From NCBI GenBank assembly GCA_042216335.1, contig JBDGTY010000056.1, forward strand, positions 1-43,854: a stretch of DNA of 43,854 nucleotides. Reading direction: 5' to 3'. Source of the stretch: Candidatus Nanohalobium sp. (GTDB lineage Archaea > Nanohalarchaeota > Nanosalinia > Nanosalinales > Nanosalinaceae). This document shows, piece by piece, positions 17,684-26,520 of this stretch; within the stretch, counting starts at the first letter, position 1; every line of letters starts with the position of its first letter. The translations under genes were made by a program, and so were the position numbers. The notes below the pieces were generated by a model. It saw nothing but the letters and a program-made list of their open reading frames with translations. It made no database searches and was not told the origin of the DNA.

Positions 17684-17887
17684 TCACCCGATCACGTTAG
17701 GCAGCAGATTCGAAGCCATGTAGAAGATGAAGCCTATCAAACCGACTATCACGATGCCTGCGCCGGTAACCTTGGCACTCATCTCGAACTCCTCTCTATC
17801 CGGTTTCTCGGAGATTTTAAGGACTCTCCTGTACTCCCTCAGCTTTTCCAGTGCTTCATTCTTCCACTTACGCGGCTCGAAATCCAT
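17684..17887 (-). CDS. secE: Protein translocase subunit SecE/Sec61-gamma
   Basis: EYRRVLKISEKPDREEF...GLIGFIFY; canonical position between ftsZ and spt5. Confidence 0.95.
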   Translation of the reverse strand: MDFEPRKWKNEALEKLREYRRVLKISEKPDREEFEMSAKVTGAGIVIVGLIGFIFYMASNLLPNVIG

Positions 17888-18064
17888 CCCGATGTTTCAC
17901 CTAATAAACCCGTAAAGAGAACTAGACCATTCTAAAACTTGTGCTAGTTCCCTCCCACCAAAAAGTGGTTCAAACGGGTTATATAGAAAGAAGTAGAGAG
18001 AAATTTTATAAATCCGTTTTACATGGATGAAAGAGAAAAACTGAAAATATGGTGTGGAGAGACT

Positions 18065-19177
18065 CTAGATAAACTCTACTCCAAGCTCCTGCTCAATCTC
18101 TTCCTCGTACTCGTCGCTGTGAGTTTTTTCAGGGCCGTAGATCTGAGGGCTGTCTACTCCTGTGACGATGATCATCGACTGGAGGCTGTTCTCCATGTCT
18201 TCTCTGACCTGTGCTCCCCAGATGATCTTGGCGGAGTCGTCCAGTTTGCCGGATACCGTGTTTACAACTTCCTGTGCCTCGTTCAAACTTAGCGAGGTTC
18301 CTCCTGTTACGTTGACGAGTGCGCCTTTACCGCCCTCGATATCAACATCGAGCAATGGGTTGCTGAGCGCTTTCTGCACTGCTTCCGTTGCTCTGGAGTC
18401 TGTGTCGCTCTGTCCCATTCCTATCATGGCGATTCCTCCTTCTCCCATGACTGCTCGGATGTCTGCGAAGTCGAGGTTGACCAGTCCCGGCTTTGTAACA
18501 AGCTCTGTTACTCCTTTGACTGCGTTTACAAGTATCTCGTCCGCGATCTTGAAAGCGGTGTTGAGTGATACGTCTGGGACGATTTCGAGAAGCTTGTCGT
18601 TTGGTATTACGATGAGTGTGTCGACTGTTGCTTCCATTCTTTCCAGTCCGTATTCTGCGTTTTCCTGTCGTGCCTGGCCCTCCATCTCGAATGGGAGTGT
18701 GACGATTCCTACTGTGAGTGCTCCTTCTTTCTTGGCCTGTTCAGCGATGACGGGTGCGGAGCCGGTTCCTGTTCCTCCTCCGAGACCGCAGGTGATGAAG
18801 ACCATGTCGCTGCCTTCGACCTGCTGCTTTATCTTCTGCTGGGATTCTTTTGCCGATTCCTCTCCGACCTTTGGATCCGCTCCGGCGCCGAGTCCTCCGG
18901 TCAGTTCTTTTCCTATCAGTACTTTTTCGTCGGCGTTTGCGTACAGAAGGTCCTGGGCATCGGTGTTCATGGCGATGGTCTCACATCCCTCGATGCCGAC
19001 CTCGACAAGCCTGGAGATAGTATTGTTCCCGGCTCCACCGGTCCCGATAACCTTGATATCAGCCTTTCTTTGCTCTATCAAGTCCTCAAGCTCATCGTCA
19101 ATATCATGGTTTTTCTGCTTTGACTGAGGTACCGAATCAGAACCTTCCCGCCTTGCTTCATTTATAGAATCTTCCAT
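18065..19177 (-). CDS. ftsZ: Cell division protein FtsZ (FtsZ1-type synteny)
   Basis: GGAGNN, NTDAQDL, GGGTGTG, NLDFAD; start at MEDSINEAR with TATAAA box upstream. Confidence 0.97.
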   Translation of the reverse strand: MEDSINEARREGSDSVPQSKQKNHDIDDELEDLIEQRKADIKVIGTGGAGNNTISRLVEVGIEGCETIAMNTDAQDLLYANADEKVLIGKELTGGLGAGADPKVGEESAKESQQKIKQQVEGSDMVFITCGLGGGTGTGSAPVIAEQAKKEGALTVGIVTLPFEMEGQARQENAEYGLERMEATVDTLIVIPNDKLLEIVPDVSLNTAFKIADEILVNAVKGVTELVTKPGLVNLDFADIRAVMGEGGIAMIGMGQSDTDSRATEAVQKALSNPLLDVDIEGGKGALVNVTGGTSLSLNEAQEVVNTVSGKLDDSAKIIWGAQVREDMENSLQSMIIVTGVDSPQIYGPEKTHSDEYEEEIEQELGVEFI

Positions 19178-19591
19178 CAGAGGACCACTCTTTTCTGTAA
19201 ATACAGTACTCACTAAACTATATAAAAATGCTTCAGGGCCTCGACCCGTCAATTTTATGTCCAAGAGCTACAACAGCTAATCATGAAACAAAAAACACTG
19301 GATAGGATCAACAAGTTCTACGCCAAGAGCCTCGGCTGCACACCAGAGCTGATGGAGAACCCGAGATCGGAAATCTTCATCCGCAGAGAAACAACTAGCT
19401 ACAGCGAAGATCAGGAGGAAACAGATGTTGACATCTTCGTCAGGAGCGGTGGAAAGATAATATCCTGTAGTTCCAAAGTTCTTCCGAGAGTCCAGGAACT
19501 TGAAAAATATCTGCCTCGGCTGGAGGTATCCAAAAGATCTCTCGAAGACAAAGGGCTGGATGTTGACGAGGTTCTAGGCCCGGCTTTCCTC

Positions 19592-20025
19592 CTGAAACCT
19601 CGTGGAGACTCCGTGCTTTAGCTCGGAGGGGAAACGAGCTAAGATTTTTAAATTCTGCGGAGTATTTGTTCTTAGTCAATAGGTTTTTGAGCGGATAGCT
19701 TCCGAACAAAGGCACATCTGCGGAAGCAGATGAAAACAGCTTTTCGGAGATACGCTTCCGTATCTGAAAACCTGAAATTCTGCGTTGAAGGCAAAAGCAT
19801 ACTCGTGAGGGTTGACAGAACGATTGAAACCTTGTTCTGTTCTTTCAACGCAAAGGTCACGGTCAACTGGCCTTTGAATCAGCGATGGATGAGTAAGAAC
19901 CTCTGGAAAGAAGTTCTGTTTCCAAGTTCTTCGAATCGACTGGTAATTAAATTGTGTCTGTATTTGCATAGGATTTGGTTTCCACCTCAATCACAAGCTC
20001 CGTCCTTCAGGTCGGAGTAGTTGAC
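19592..20025 (+). mobile_element. Non-autonomous IS200/IS605-family element (PATE-like; no tnpA/tnpB)
   Basis: Left subterminal hairpin ctccgtgc-ttta-gctcggag (19609-19628). Right hairpin ctccgtcc-ttca-ggtcggag (19998-20017) followed by tagttgac, typical of IS605/IS1341 ends. No terminal inverted repeats or target duplication. Left boundary uncertain by a few nt. Confidence 0.8.
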
Positions 20026-20045
20026 AGGAGTCTTTGTATCGGAAG
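19675..20045 (+). ncRNA. Putative structured RNA, TnpB omega-RNA-like scaffold plus flanking guide
   Basis: At least six hairpins, GNRA loops (GGAA 19722-19725, GUGA 19805-19808) and G-U pairs favouring the + strand; loop gtcaact (19862-19868) complementary to terminal agttgac (20019-20025); TTTTTAAA box at ~19645-19652. Confidence 0.6.
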
Positions 20046-20221
20046 AGTATCGCGGTGAGGGATTTGGAAAAGAAGTGGTATCGAAAGCAGCTGGAGACGC
20101 ACTTGAGAAAGATCTGATTCCCTGCTACAGGACTCTGGAGAAATGGCGAAATTCAGTTAACCTGGCGAAGAGTCTTGGTTTCGAGAAGTATGCGACTACT
20201 TATCTGCTGAAGTTGGCAGAG

Positions 20222-20464
20222 TTATAGCAGTAATGAGGTCATCAGGATCTGTGTCGCAGTAAAGGCCAGAACAAGGCCTAATGCCGTAGAAATTCCTATT
20301 CTGACTATCTTGCTGTTTTCTCTCTGCTCTATCATTTCTGATCTGCCCAGCAGTAGATAGGAAGTTCCCGAGATTACTCCGAGAGAGATGATGAAAGGCA
20401 GAAACATTGTCAAAGTATCAATAAGAGCCATCTGCTGCATCGTGCCTTCAAAGCCAGAAACCAT
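20222..20464 (-). CDS. Small membrane protein (2 TM)
   Basis: Two hydrophobic helices; TTTAAA box upstream. Confidence 0.65.
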   Translation of the reverse strand: MVSGFEGTMQQMALIDTLTMFLPFIISLGVISGTSYLLLGRSEMIEQRENSKIVRIGISTALGLVLAFTATQILMTSLLL

Positions 20465-20559
20465 GTGACAAATTTGGTATCTCTGAAATTTAAATCCATT
20501 TTGATGTGCATAAAGGTATTAAGTCTGGACGTTTCTGTCTTTCATGTGGTGTGAACTTG

Positions 20560-20781
20560 GTGGCTGAGATTGTTTCGACTTCGGATACTTTGGGTGGTAA
20601 GCCTAGGATTGAAGGCACGAGAGTTTCTGCTGAGCAGGTCTACGAGATGTATACTGTAAGAGATATGAGTGCCGAGGAGATAGCCGAAGAACTTCCGACT
20701 GTTGACGTTGAAGATGTTGCAGCTGCTGTAGAGTTCATGGAAAAATACAGGGAGAACAGCGAAGAAGCGGCCACTGCTTAA
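20560..20781 (+). CDS. DUF433 family putative antitoxin
   Basis: TLGGKPRIEGTRVSAEQV...AEEIAEELPTVDVEDVAAAVEF; GTG start at 20560 after GGTGTGA. Confidence 0.9.
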   Translation: MAEIVSTSDTLGGKPRIEGTRVSAEQVYEMYTVRDMSAEEIAEELPTVDVEDVAAAVEFMEKYRENSEEAATA

Positions 20782-21113
20782 CGACCATAGAAATTGGATA
20801 AATACCACACACTGTTTGACAGGTCTTCTTCAGGGATCTCTTCAATCATGTATTTCACTGTTTTTGCCACTAAGTCGGTATCTTTTCTCAAGTGCATCTG
20901 TTTGTCCAGTAGAACTCCGAGGTGATCCAGTTCGTGGCCCAGTCTGACGAAGTCGCCCTGATCCCTTGTGATAACCGGCGCCTTGTTCTCGATGGCATAG
21001 CTCATTACCTCGCTATCTTCCGCGCCGATTTCGAACCTGCCGGTCTCTATCCCTTTATCTTCCAGCGCTTCTTCGACCGATTTTGGAATACTCTCGTCCA
21101 GCAGCAGATCCAT
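20778..21113 (-). CDS. DUF5615 PIN-like putative toxin (VapC45-like)
   Basis: MDLLLDESIP, GAEDSEV, VITRDQGDF, HLGVLL. Confidence 0.88.
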   Translation of the reverse strand: MDLLLDESIPKSVEEALEDKGIETGRFEIGAEDSEVMSYAIENKAPVITRDQGDFVRLGHELDHLGVLLDKQMHLRKDTDLVAKTVKYMIEEIPEEDLSNSVWYLSNFYGR

Positions 21114-21161
21114 GAATGAAGAAAGTCAGGACCTGCTTAAAAAGACCGGCCAAAATATGGT

Positions 21162-21815
21162 CTACTCCTCGAATTCGACTTCCTCTATGCCTGTGTACTC
21201 CGTGATCTCGTTTCTGATTCCTTCCTTGGCTTCTTCAGGGAGTTCGTGGCTGTGGTCATCGTCTTCGTGGGTGTGGATGATCGTTGCTTTGTTTCCGTCG
21301 AATTTGATGTCTCCGTGGCCGAGACGGTAGTTGAAGATGTACTCTGCCTTTTCCTCGTCGTCTTCGATCTTTTCCTGTACTTTTACCCAGTATTCTAGCT
21401 CTTTTCCTGCGAGTGGGTGGTTGAAGTCGATTCTGACTCTTCCTGATCCTTTTGAGATGACGCGTCCCTGTTTTCTTCCGACCATGATTCTTTCGCCTAC
21501 GTTCACGTTGACGTCCTGTTTCTTGAACTCTTTTTCTGGGAAGGTTTCCATGTTTTCTGCTTCCCTTTCGCCGTAAGCTTTCTCCGCAGGAACTTCAACT
21601 TCTGCTTCCTCTCCTACGTCCATCTCCTTGACTTTTTCCTCGAGGCCTTCCACGATGTAGTCTTCTCCGACCAGTACCGGGATGGGTTTGTACTCTCTTT
21701 CTTCCTGGTATACGTCGTTTTCACGTGCTTTTTCCTCGCTGCTGAGGTCGAATATTTCGCCGTCCGCCCTGCCCACGTAGTCGATGAGGACAAGGTCTCC
21801 TTTTTCCAGTGCCAT
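21162..21815 (-). CDS. slyD: FKBP-type peptidyl-prolyl isomerase (SlyD-like, archaeal long type)
   Basis: GDLVLIDYVGR, VPAEKAYGER, IDFNHPLAGKEL; start MALEKGD. Confidence 0.92.
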   Translation of the reverse strand: MALEKGDLVLIDYVGRADGEIFDLSSEEKARENDVYQEEREYKPIPVLVGEDYIVEGLEEKVKEMDVGEEAEVEVPAEKAYGEREAENMETFPEKEFKKQDVNVNVGERIMVGRKQGRVISKGSGRVRIDFNHPLAGKELEYWVKVQEKIEDDEEKAEYIFNYRLGHGDIKFDGNKATIIHTHEDDDHSHELPEEAKEGIRNEITEYTGIEEVEFEE

Positions 21816-21837
21816 GTCAAAGGTTACTCTGGAAAAG

Positions 21838-22230
21838 TTATAAACCGGTTTTCTCTGCCGCCGTATCGACCACAAAGTCCTGGAAAGAGACCACATGGTC
21901 GATCAGGTTGACAGGCCTGTCAAGGAGAACTACTGAAGCGCCCAGAAAGTTCATCAGGACGTCGTTCCAGCCGAAGAACCTGTAGGAAAGTGTTCCCTGT
22001 ATCAGTTCGATGCCGAAGCCGAAGAAGAAGGCCGCGGCGAATGCCTCGAGGTACATCCGGTCTCTGTCGTGCAAGTTGATGAGGAATGCGCCGCCGAGGA
22101 CTGCGTAGGCCAGGAAGTGCAGAGGCACGAATCCGGTCGCTGGTTTTCCAGCCGGAACCGGTGCCAGGCTCTTGTACGCTATGAATGCCGAGACTGCGAT
22201 GAGGCCGAGAAGGTTGAGCTTCTTTCTCAC
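21838..22230 (-). CDS. VanZ-like membrane protein
   Basis: HFLAYAVLG, GIELIQGTLSYR, DVLMNFLG. Confidence 0.85.
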   Translation of the reverse strand: MRKKLNLLGLIAVSAFIAYKSLAPVPAGKPATGFVPLHFLAYAVLGGAFLINLHDRDRMYLEAFAAAFFFGFGIELIQGTLSYRFFGWNDVLMNFLGASVVLLDRPVNLIDHVVSFQDFVVDTAAEKTGL

Positions 22231-22289
22231 AGTTATCGAATTTTCAGTTGCTGGTAAAATTTTAAGCTTTCAGGCGAAAAACTGTGTAT

Positions 22290-22559
22290 ATGAGCTGGAT
22301 GGAGAGCCTGCCGAAAAAAGTACAGGAATCACTTGACTCACTTCTACTCGAAACCGAACAACACGAAGAAGTCTACATGGAGGCCGAGAATGCACCCATA
22401 GGCCAGATCTGGGTCGCAATGGCACAGATGAACAAGAGGATAGAAAAACTGGAGGAACTGGCCCACGCACAGCGAAGAGCCTTGAAGGAAATGGATGTAG
22501 AAGTAGAGGTCGACAAACACCTGGATCAGGACCTTAAGGAGAGTTTGAAGAGGTACTAG
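22290..22559 (+). CDS. Hypothetical coiled-coil protein
   Basis: Typical acidic ORF (MSWMESLP...); exact start uncertain. Confidence 0.7.
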   Translation: MSWMESLPKKVQESLDSLLLETEQHEEVYMEAENAPIGQIWVAMAQMNKRIEKLEELAHAQRRALKEMDVEVEVDKHLDQDLKESLKRY

Positions 22560-22560
22560 T

Positions 22561-23277
22561 ATGTCGCTTGGTGAACATATAGAGAACTTAGGCATGGTTC
22601 TGAACTCTGCAGTTTCTTATCTTAGAGGGGAAGCTAAGTATGAGATCAATGGGGAGACCTACAAGTATCGATCTTCTTTTCTTAGAGGCTATTGGGAGGC
22701 AGAATACTTTTTCCAAACAGAATCAGCCATCTACGAAGATGCCATCTCTGAGCTTGAAGATGGTGATGTATTTTACGATGTGGGAGCAAACCTGGGGTTT
22801 TTTACCTGCATAATGGCTCGTGAAGGTGCAGAGGCATTTTCGTTTGAGCCTGATCCTTTAACTGCTGATGAATTGCGGAAAAATCTAGATAGGAATAGTA
22901 TTGAGGCATCAGTTTTCGAGTACGCAATATCAAATAGGGATGCAGAAGGAGAACTAGAGTTGAAGAGAGGGCCGAATGGCACTGAAAGTTTAACTCAGAA
23001 CGGCAAAAACACAGTATCAGTGGATACAAGGAAATTAGATAGTCTGGATATTCCGCCGCCGGACATAGTGAAAATAGATACAGAAGGTCATGAAACACAG
23101 GTATTAGAGGGAATGGAGGAAACTTTAGCAGAGAAAGCTCTACTATATGTCGAGGCTCACGGAGATCAACAACTCTCTTCTATAGAAGATATACTGAGCG
23201 AAGAAGGCTATCGGACAGAGATAATGTTCGCTAGAGAGGATGGCAATTACTTTTTGAAAGCAGCATCCAGTAACTAG
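22561..23277 (+). CDS. FkbM family SAM-dependent methyltransferase
   Basis: FYDVGANLG, FSFEP, IVKIDTEGHETQVLEG. Confidence 0.92.
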   Translation: MSLGEHIENLGMVLNSAVSYLRGEAKYEINGETYKYRSSFLRGYWEAEYFFQTESAIYEDAISELEDGDVFYDVGANLGFFTCIMAREGAEAFSFEPDPLTADELRKNLDRNSIEASVFEYAISNRDAEGELELKRGPNGTESLTQNGKNTVSVDTRKLDSLDIPPPDIVKIDTEGHETQVLEGMEETLAEKALLYVEAHGDQQLSSIEDILSEEGYRTEIMFAREDGNYFLKAASSN

Positions 23278-23352
23278 AGTTTAGGGAAATTATGCTTTGC
23301 CGTGAAGAGTTTGTGATGCTAGGTTATCCATCCAATACTATCTGCTCTTTCT

Positions 23353-23654
23353 TCATCTAGATCTGAGATTTCCACTTTTCCCATTTCTCGTTGTTTTCAA
23401 TTGAACTATTTCTCCTATCTCAGTAAAATCCTCTTCATATTTGTCTGAGGGTCTATACTTGATTTCTTTTCCATTTCAAACTATTCCACTATACCAAGTT
23501 CGTGAAGCCCTTCAACTTCGGGTTCAAGAGATGGGTGAGCGTGGCTAAAATAATCAATATCGTCCGCTGTGGCTGCGTCCCGATAATTCAGTACACTGAT
23601 TACGGCCATATACCTGCGAGGATCGTACACTTCCAATTCATCCGCTAAATTCAT
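23353..23654 (-). pseudogene. Degraded winged-helix protein remnant
   Basis: ATGA-coupled to the leuS stop; MNLADELEVY...AATADDIDY...VEGLHELGIVE* then, in a shifted frame, NGKEIKYRPSDKYEEDF. Confidence 0.45.
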
Positions 23655-26425
23655 TCCATCACAATCGCAGGTTTCCCGGGCTCTGCCCTGTCAGCTTTGT
23701 CCTCGGATGAATCTTCCTCGGGCTCTATCTCTACTTCCAGGTTGAACTCTTCTTTCCATCTCTCTCTGTTTGCTTTCAGTGCTTCCTTCTCGATTTTCCG
23801 CTCCATCAGCTGGTTCCTGAACTTTCCAGGATTCTGGTACGCGTCCTGAACCTTCTGATTGACTGTATCTGCGTGATCCTTGAATCCTGCGCCGATTACT
23901 TTGCCTGTGATGGCTCCGATGTCGTCGAGCTCCAGGTTTTCCTCTATCTCTTGGAATGCGTCATACTTCCAGTCTGCTGCGCTGATGACTTTGACTTTCT
24001 CTGGCTTGGAGTCGAGCATGTCCTGGATTTCTCTGATATCGCCCGCGACCCTGCTGAAGTATTCATCGATTTTCTCTGCCTCTTCATCTAGGAGTTCTTC
24101 GTCTACTTCAGGCCATTCTGATTCGTAGAGGAAGCCTTCCTCTAATTCATTCCATAGTTCGTCTGCAAGATGTGGTGCGAACGGTGCTATCAACTTGACA
24201 AGAGTCTTGACGCCGTGAGTAAATATCTCTGGTTCTGGATTTCTCTGTCTGTACCAGTAAAGCTTTGTCAACAGTTTATCGATTTCGCTTACTGCGAGAT
24301 TGAACTCGTAATTCTCTATCTTCTCTGTTGTGTTCTCGACTGCTCTCTGGATTCTGCTTGAAACTATCCTGTCCTGGAGAGTTGCATCCTCAAGAGTTGG
24401 TTTCTCACTTGTCAGTAGTTCGTCGTTTTCAGTTACCAATCTTTCTACCCTCTCAAGCATCTCATATGACGCCTGGACGCCATCCTTTGACCAGTCAAGT
24501 TCCTTGGAGGGATGCGAGGCACTCAGGATAAATAGTCTTGCCGTATCAGCTCCATATTCTTCTACAAGCTCTGATGGCCGGACGACATTGTTCTTGGACT
24601 TTGACATCTTAATTGTCTCTACTTCGACTTCTTTTCCGCATTTACTGCAGATATTTTCGTCTTCAACCTCCTCCGGGTATATCCATCCGTGATCCGGACA
24701 CTTGTAAGCCGGATGGTTGACCATTCCTTGTGTGAGGAGCTTCTCGAACGGTTCATCGTCTTCCACCATTCCCTGATCTCGCAAGAACTTCTGGAAGAAT
24801 CTAGCATAGATAAGGTGCATCGTGGCATGCTCTATCCCGCCTACATACTGGTCAACGTTCATCCAGTAATCTGTTCTTTCTTCGTCAAATGGAGCTTCCT
24901 TGAAGTCTGGTGAGCAGTAACGGAGAAAGTACCATGAGGAGTTGATGAATGTGTCCATCGTGTCTGTCTCCCTTTCTGCTGGTCCGCCACATTCTGGACA
25001 TTCAGTCTCTATAAATGAGTCTGAAGTTTCTACAGGATTTCCTCTGCCCGTGAACTCAACATCGTCCGGCAGTTCGACAGGCAGGTCTTCTTCTGGAACA
25101 GGTACTGCGCCACAGTCATCACAGTAGACTATCGGGATGGGTGTTCCCCAGTAGCGCTGCCGGGAGATCAGCCAGTCACGCAGCTTGTAGGTGGTGTCCT
25201 CCTCGCCGATTCCCTTTTCTTCGATCTTCTCTACTATCTTTTCAATCGCCTCTTCCTTATCAAGGCCGTTCAGGAACTTCGAGTTGATATGCTCTCCGTC
25301 TCCTTCCCATGCACCGTCTTCCTCGAAGCTGTGTTTTTCTTCTGGTTGGACTACTGTCTGAACATCTATATCGTGTTCCTGGGCGAACTCGAAGTCTCTC
25401 TGATCGTGGGCTGGAACGGCCATGATCGCACCGGTGCCTGCATCCTCTAAAACGAACTCGGCCACATAGATTGGGATTTCATCGCCTGTGAATGGGTTTT
25501 CGGCGTGCTTTCCGGTGAATACTCCTTCCTTGGATTTTTCCTTTCTTTCTTCCTCGCTCTTCTGCTTCGCTTCTTCTATATAAGTTGCAACTTCTTCGTT
25601 TTCCTCTGCTATCTCTTCCGCCATCTCGTGCTCTGGAGCTAGAGCCATGTATGTCGCTCCGAAGATTGTGTCGGGCCGTGTCGTGAAGACCTCAAGTTCT
25701 CCAAGTTCTGTGGAAAAGTTTATCCTTGCTCCGGTGCTTCTGTCTATCCAGTTCTCCTGCATCTCCCTAACTTTGTCCGGCCAGCCGTCCAGTTTCTCAA
25801 GATCGTCAACAAGCTCGTCAGCGTAGTCTGTGATAGCGAGCTTCCACTGCTCCATCTTCTTGTTCTGATCGACTACTGAGTCACATCTCCAGCAGAGGCC
25901 GTCCTCAACCTGCTCGTCCGCTAGTACCGTTTCACAGCTTGGACACCAGTTAACTTCTGCCTCGTCTCTATATGCGATATCTTCTTCTAGCATCTTTAGG
26001 AAGATCCACTGATCCCATCTGTAGTATTCTGGCTCGCAAGTTGTAATCTCTCTATCCCAGTCAAGTGAGAATCCAAGTCGCTTGAACTCATCCCGCATAT
26101 CGTCTATACAGTCAAACGTCCACTTGCCAGGATCAATGTCTCGGTCGATCGCTGCGTTTTCCGCTGGCATTCCGAAGGCGTCCCAGCCCATAGGATGCAT
26201 CACGTTGTAGCCCTGCATTGACTTGAATCTGGCGTAAACGTCGGAAAGTGAGAATGCTCTTCCGTGGCCCATGTGCATCCGTCCGGAAGGATACGGGAAC
26301 ATGTCCAGGATGTATTTTTTCTCTTTGTCTTCGTTCTTCTCTGCTTTGTGAAGACTGGCTTCTTCCCATTTTTTCTGCCATTTTTGTTCTATCTGTTTGA
26401 GTCTTTCCGCGAATTCTTGGGCCAT
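23651..26425 (-). CDS. leuS: Leucyl-tRNA synthetase (bacterial-type core, archaeal-type C-terminus)
   Basis: MFPYPSGRMHMGH, GWDAFGMPAENAA, FTTRPDT, GTGAIMAVPAHDQRD, DWLISRQRYWGTPIP, KMSKS; C-terminus AEPGKPAIVME. Confidence 0.97.
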   Translation of the reverse strand: MAQEFAERLKQIEQKWQKKWEEASLHKAEKNEDKEKKYILDMFPYPSGRMHMGHGRAFSLSDVYARFKSMQGYNVMHPMGWDAFGMPAENAAIDRDIDPGKWTFDCIDDMRDEFKRLGFSLDWDREITTCEPEYYRWDQWIFLKMLEEDIAYRDEAEVNWCPSCETVLADEQVEDGLCWRCDSVVDQNKKMEQWKLAITDYADELVDDLEKLDGWPDKVREMQENWIDRSTGARINFSTELGELEVFTTRPDTIFGATYMALAPEHEMAEEIAEENEEVATYIEEAKQKSEEERKEKSKEGVFTGKHAENPFTGDEIPIYVAEFVLEDAGTGAIMAVPAHDQRDFEFAQEHDIDVQTVVQPEEKHSFEEDGAWEGDGEHINSKFLNGLDKEEAIEKIVEKIEEKGIGEEDTTYKLRDWLISRQRYWGTPIPIVYCDDCGAVPVPEEDLPVELPDDVEFTGRGNPVETSDSFIETECPECGGPAERETDTMDTFINSSWYFLRYCSPDFKEAPFDEERTDYWMNVDQYVGGIEHATMHLIYARFFQKFLRDQGMVEDDEPFEKLLTQGMVNHPAYKCPDHGWIYPEEVEDENICSKCGKEVEVETIKMSKSKNNVVRPSELVEEYGADTARLFILSASHPSKELDWSKDGVQASYEMLERVERLVTENDELLTSEKPTLEDATLQDRIVSSRIQRAVENTTEKIENYEFNLAVSEIDKLLTKLYWYRQRNPEPEIFTHGVKTLVKLIAPFAPHLADELWNELEEGFLYESEWPEVDEELLDEEAEKIDEYFSRVAGDIREIQDMLDSKPEKVKVISAADWKYDAFQEIEENLELDDIGAITGKVIGAGFKDHADTVNQKVQDAYQNPGKFRNQLMERKIEKEALKANRERWKEEFNLEVEIEPEEDSSEDKADRAEPGKPAIVME

Positions 26426-26520
26426 GTAGGGGTTTATTCCGGCAACTTATTTCAATTTGTGACCTTCTTCTTGCATCCTCACTAGTATTTTAAATGCTGG
26501 ATTGTAACCATTCACATACA

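Larger units (their letters stand above)
19283..20227 (+). pseudogene. GNAT acetyltransferase interrupted by an IS200/IS605-type mini-element
   Basis: 5' fragment ends ...VLGPAFL at ~19591; 3' fragment begins after 20025 with GVFVSEEYRGEGFGKEVVS...YRTLE...SVNLAKSLGFEKYA (acetyl-CoA motif A). Confidence 0.8.

Noticed and set aside
19676-20020. ORFs inside the mini-element (19730-20020 +, 19676-19990 -) as possible transposase or TnpB
   Set aside because: No HUH/Y1, RuvC or Zn-finger motifs and atypical composition; the tail QAPSFRSE merely translates the right-end hairpin
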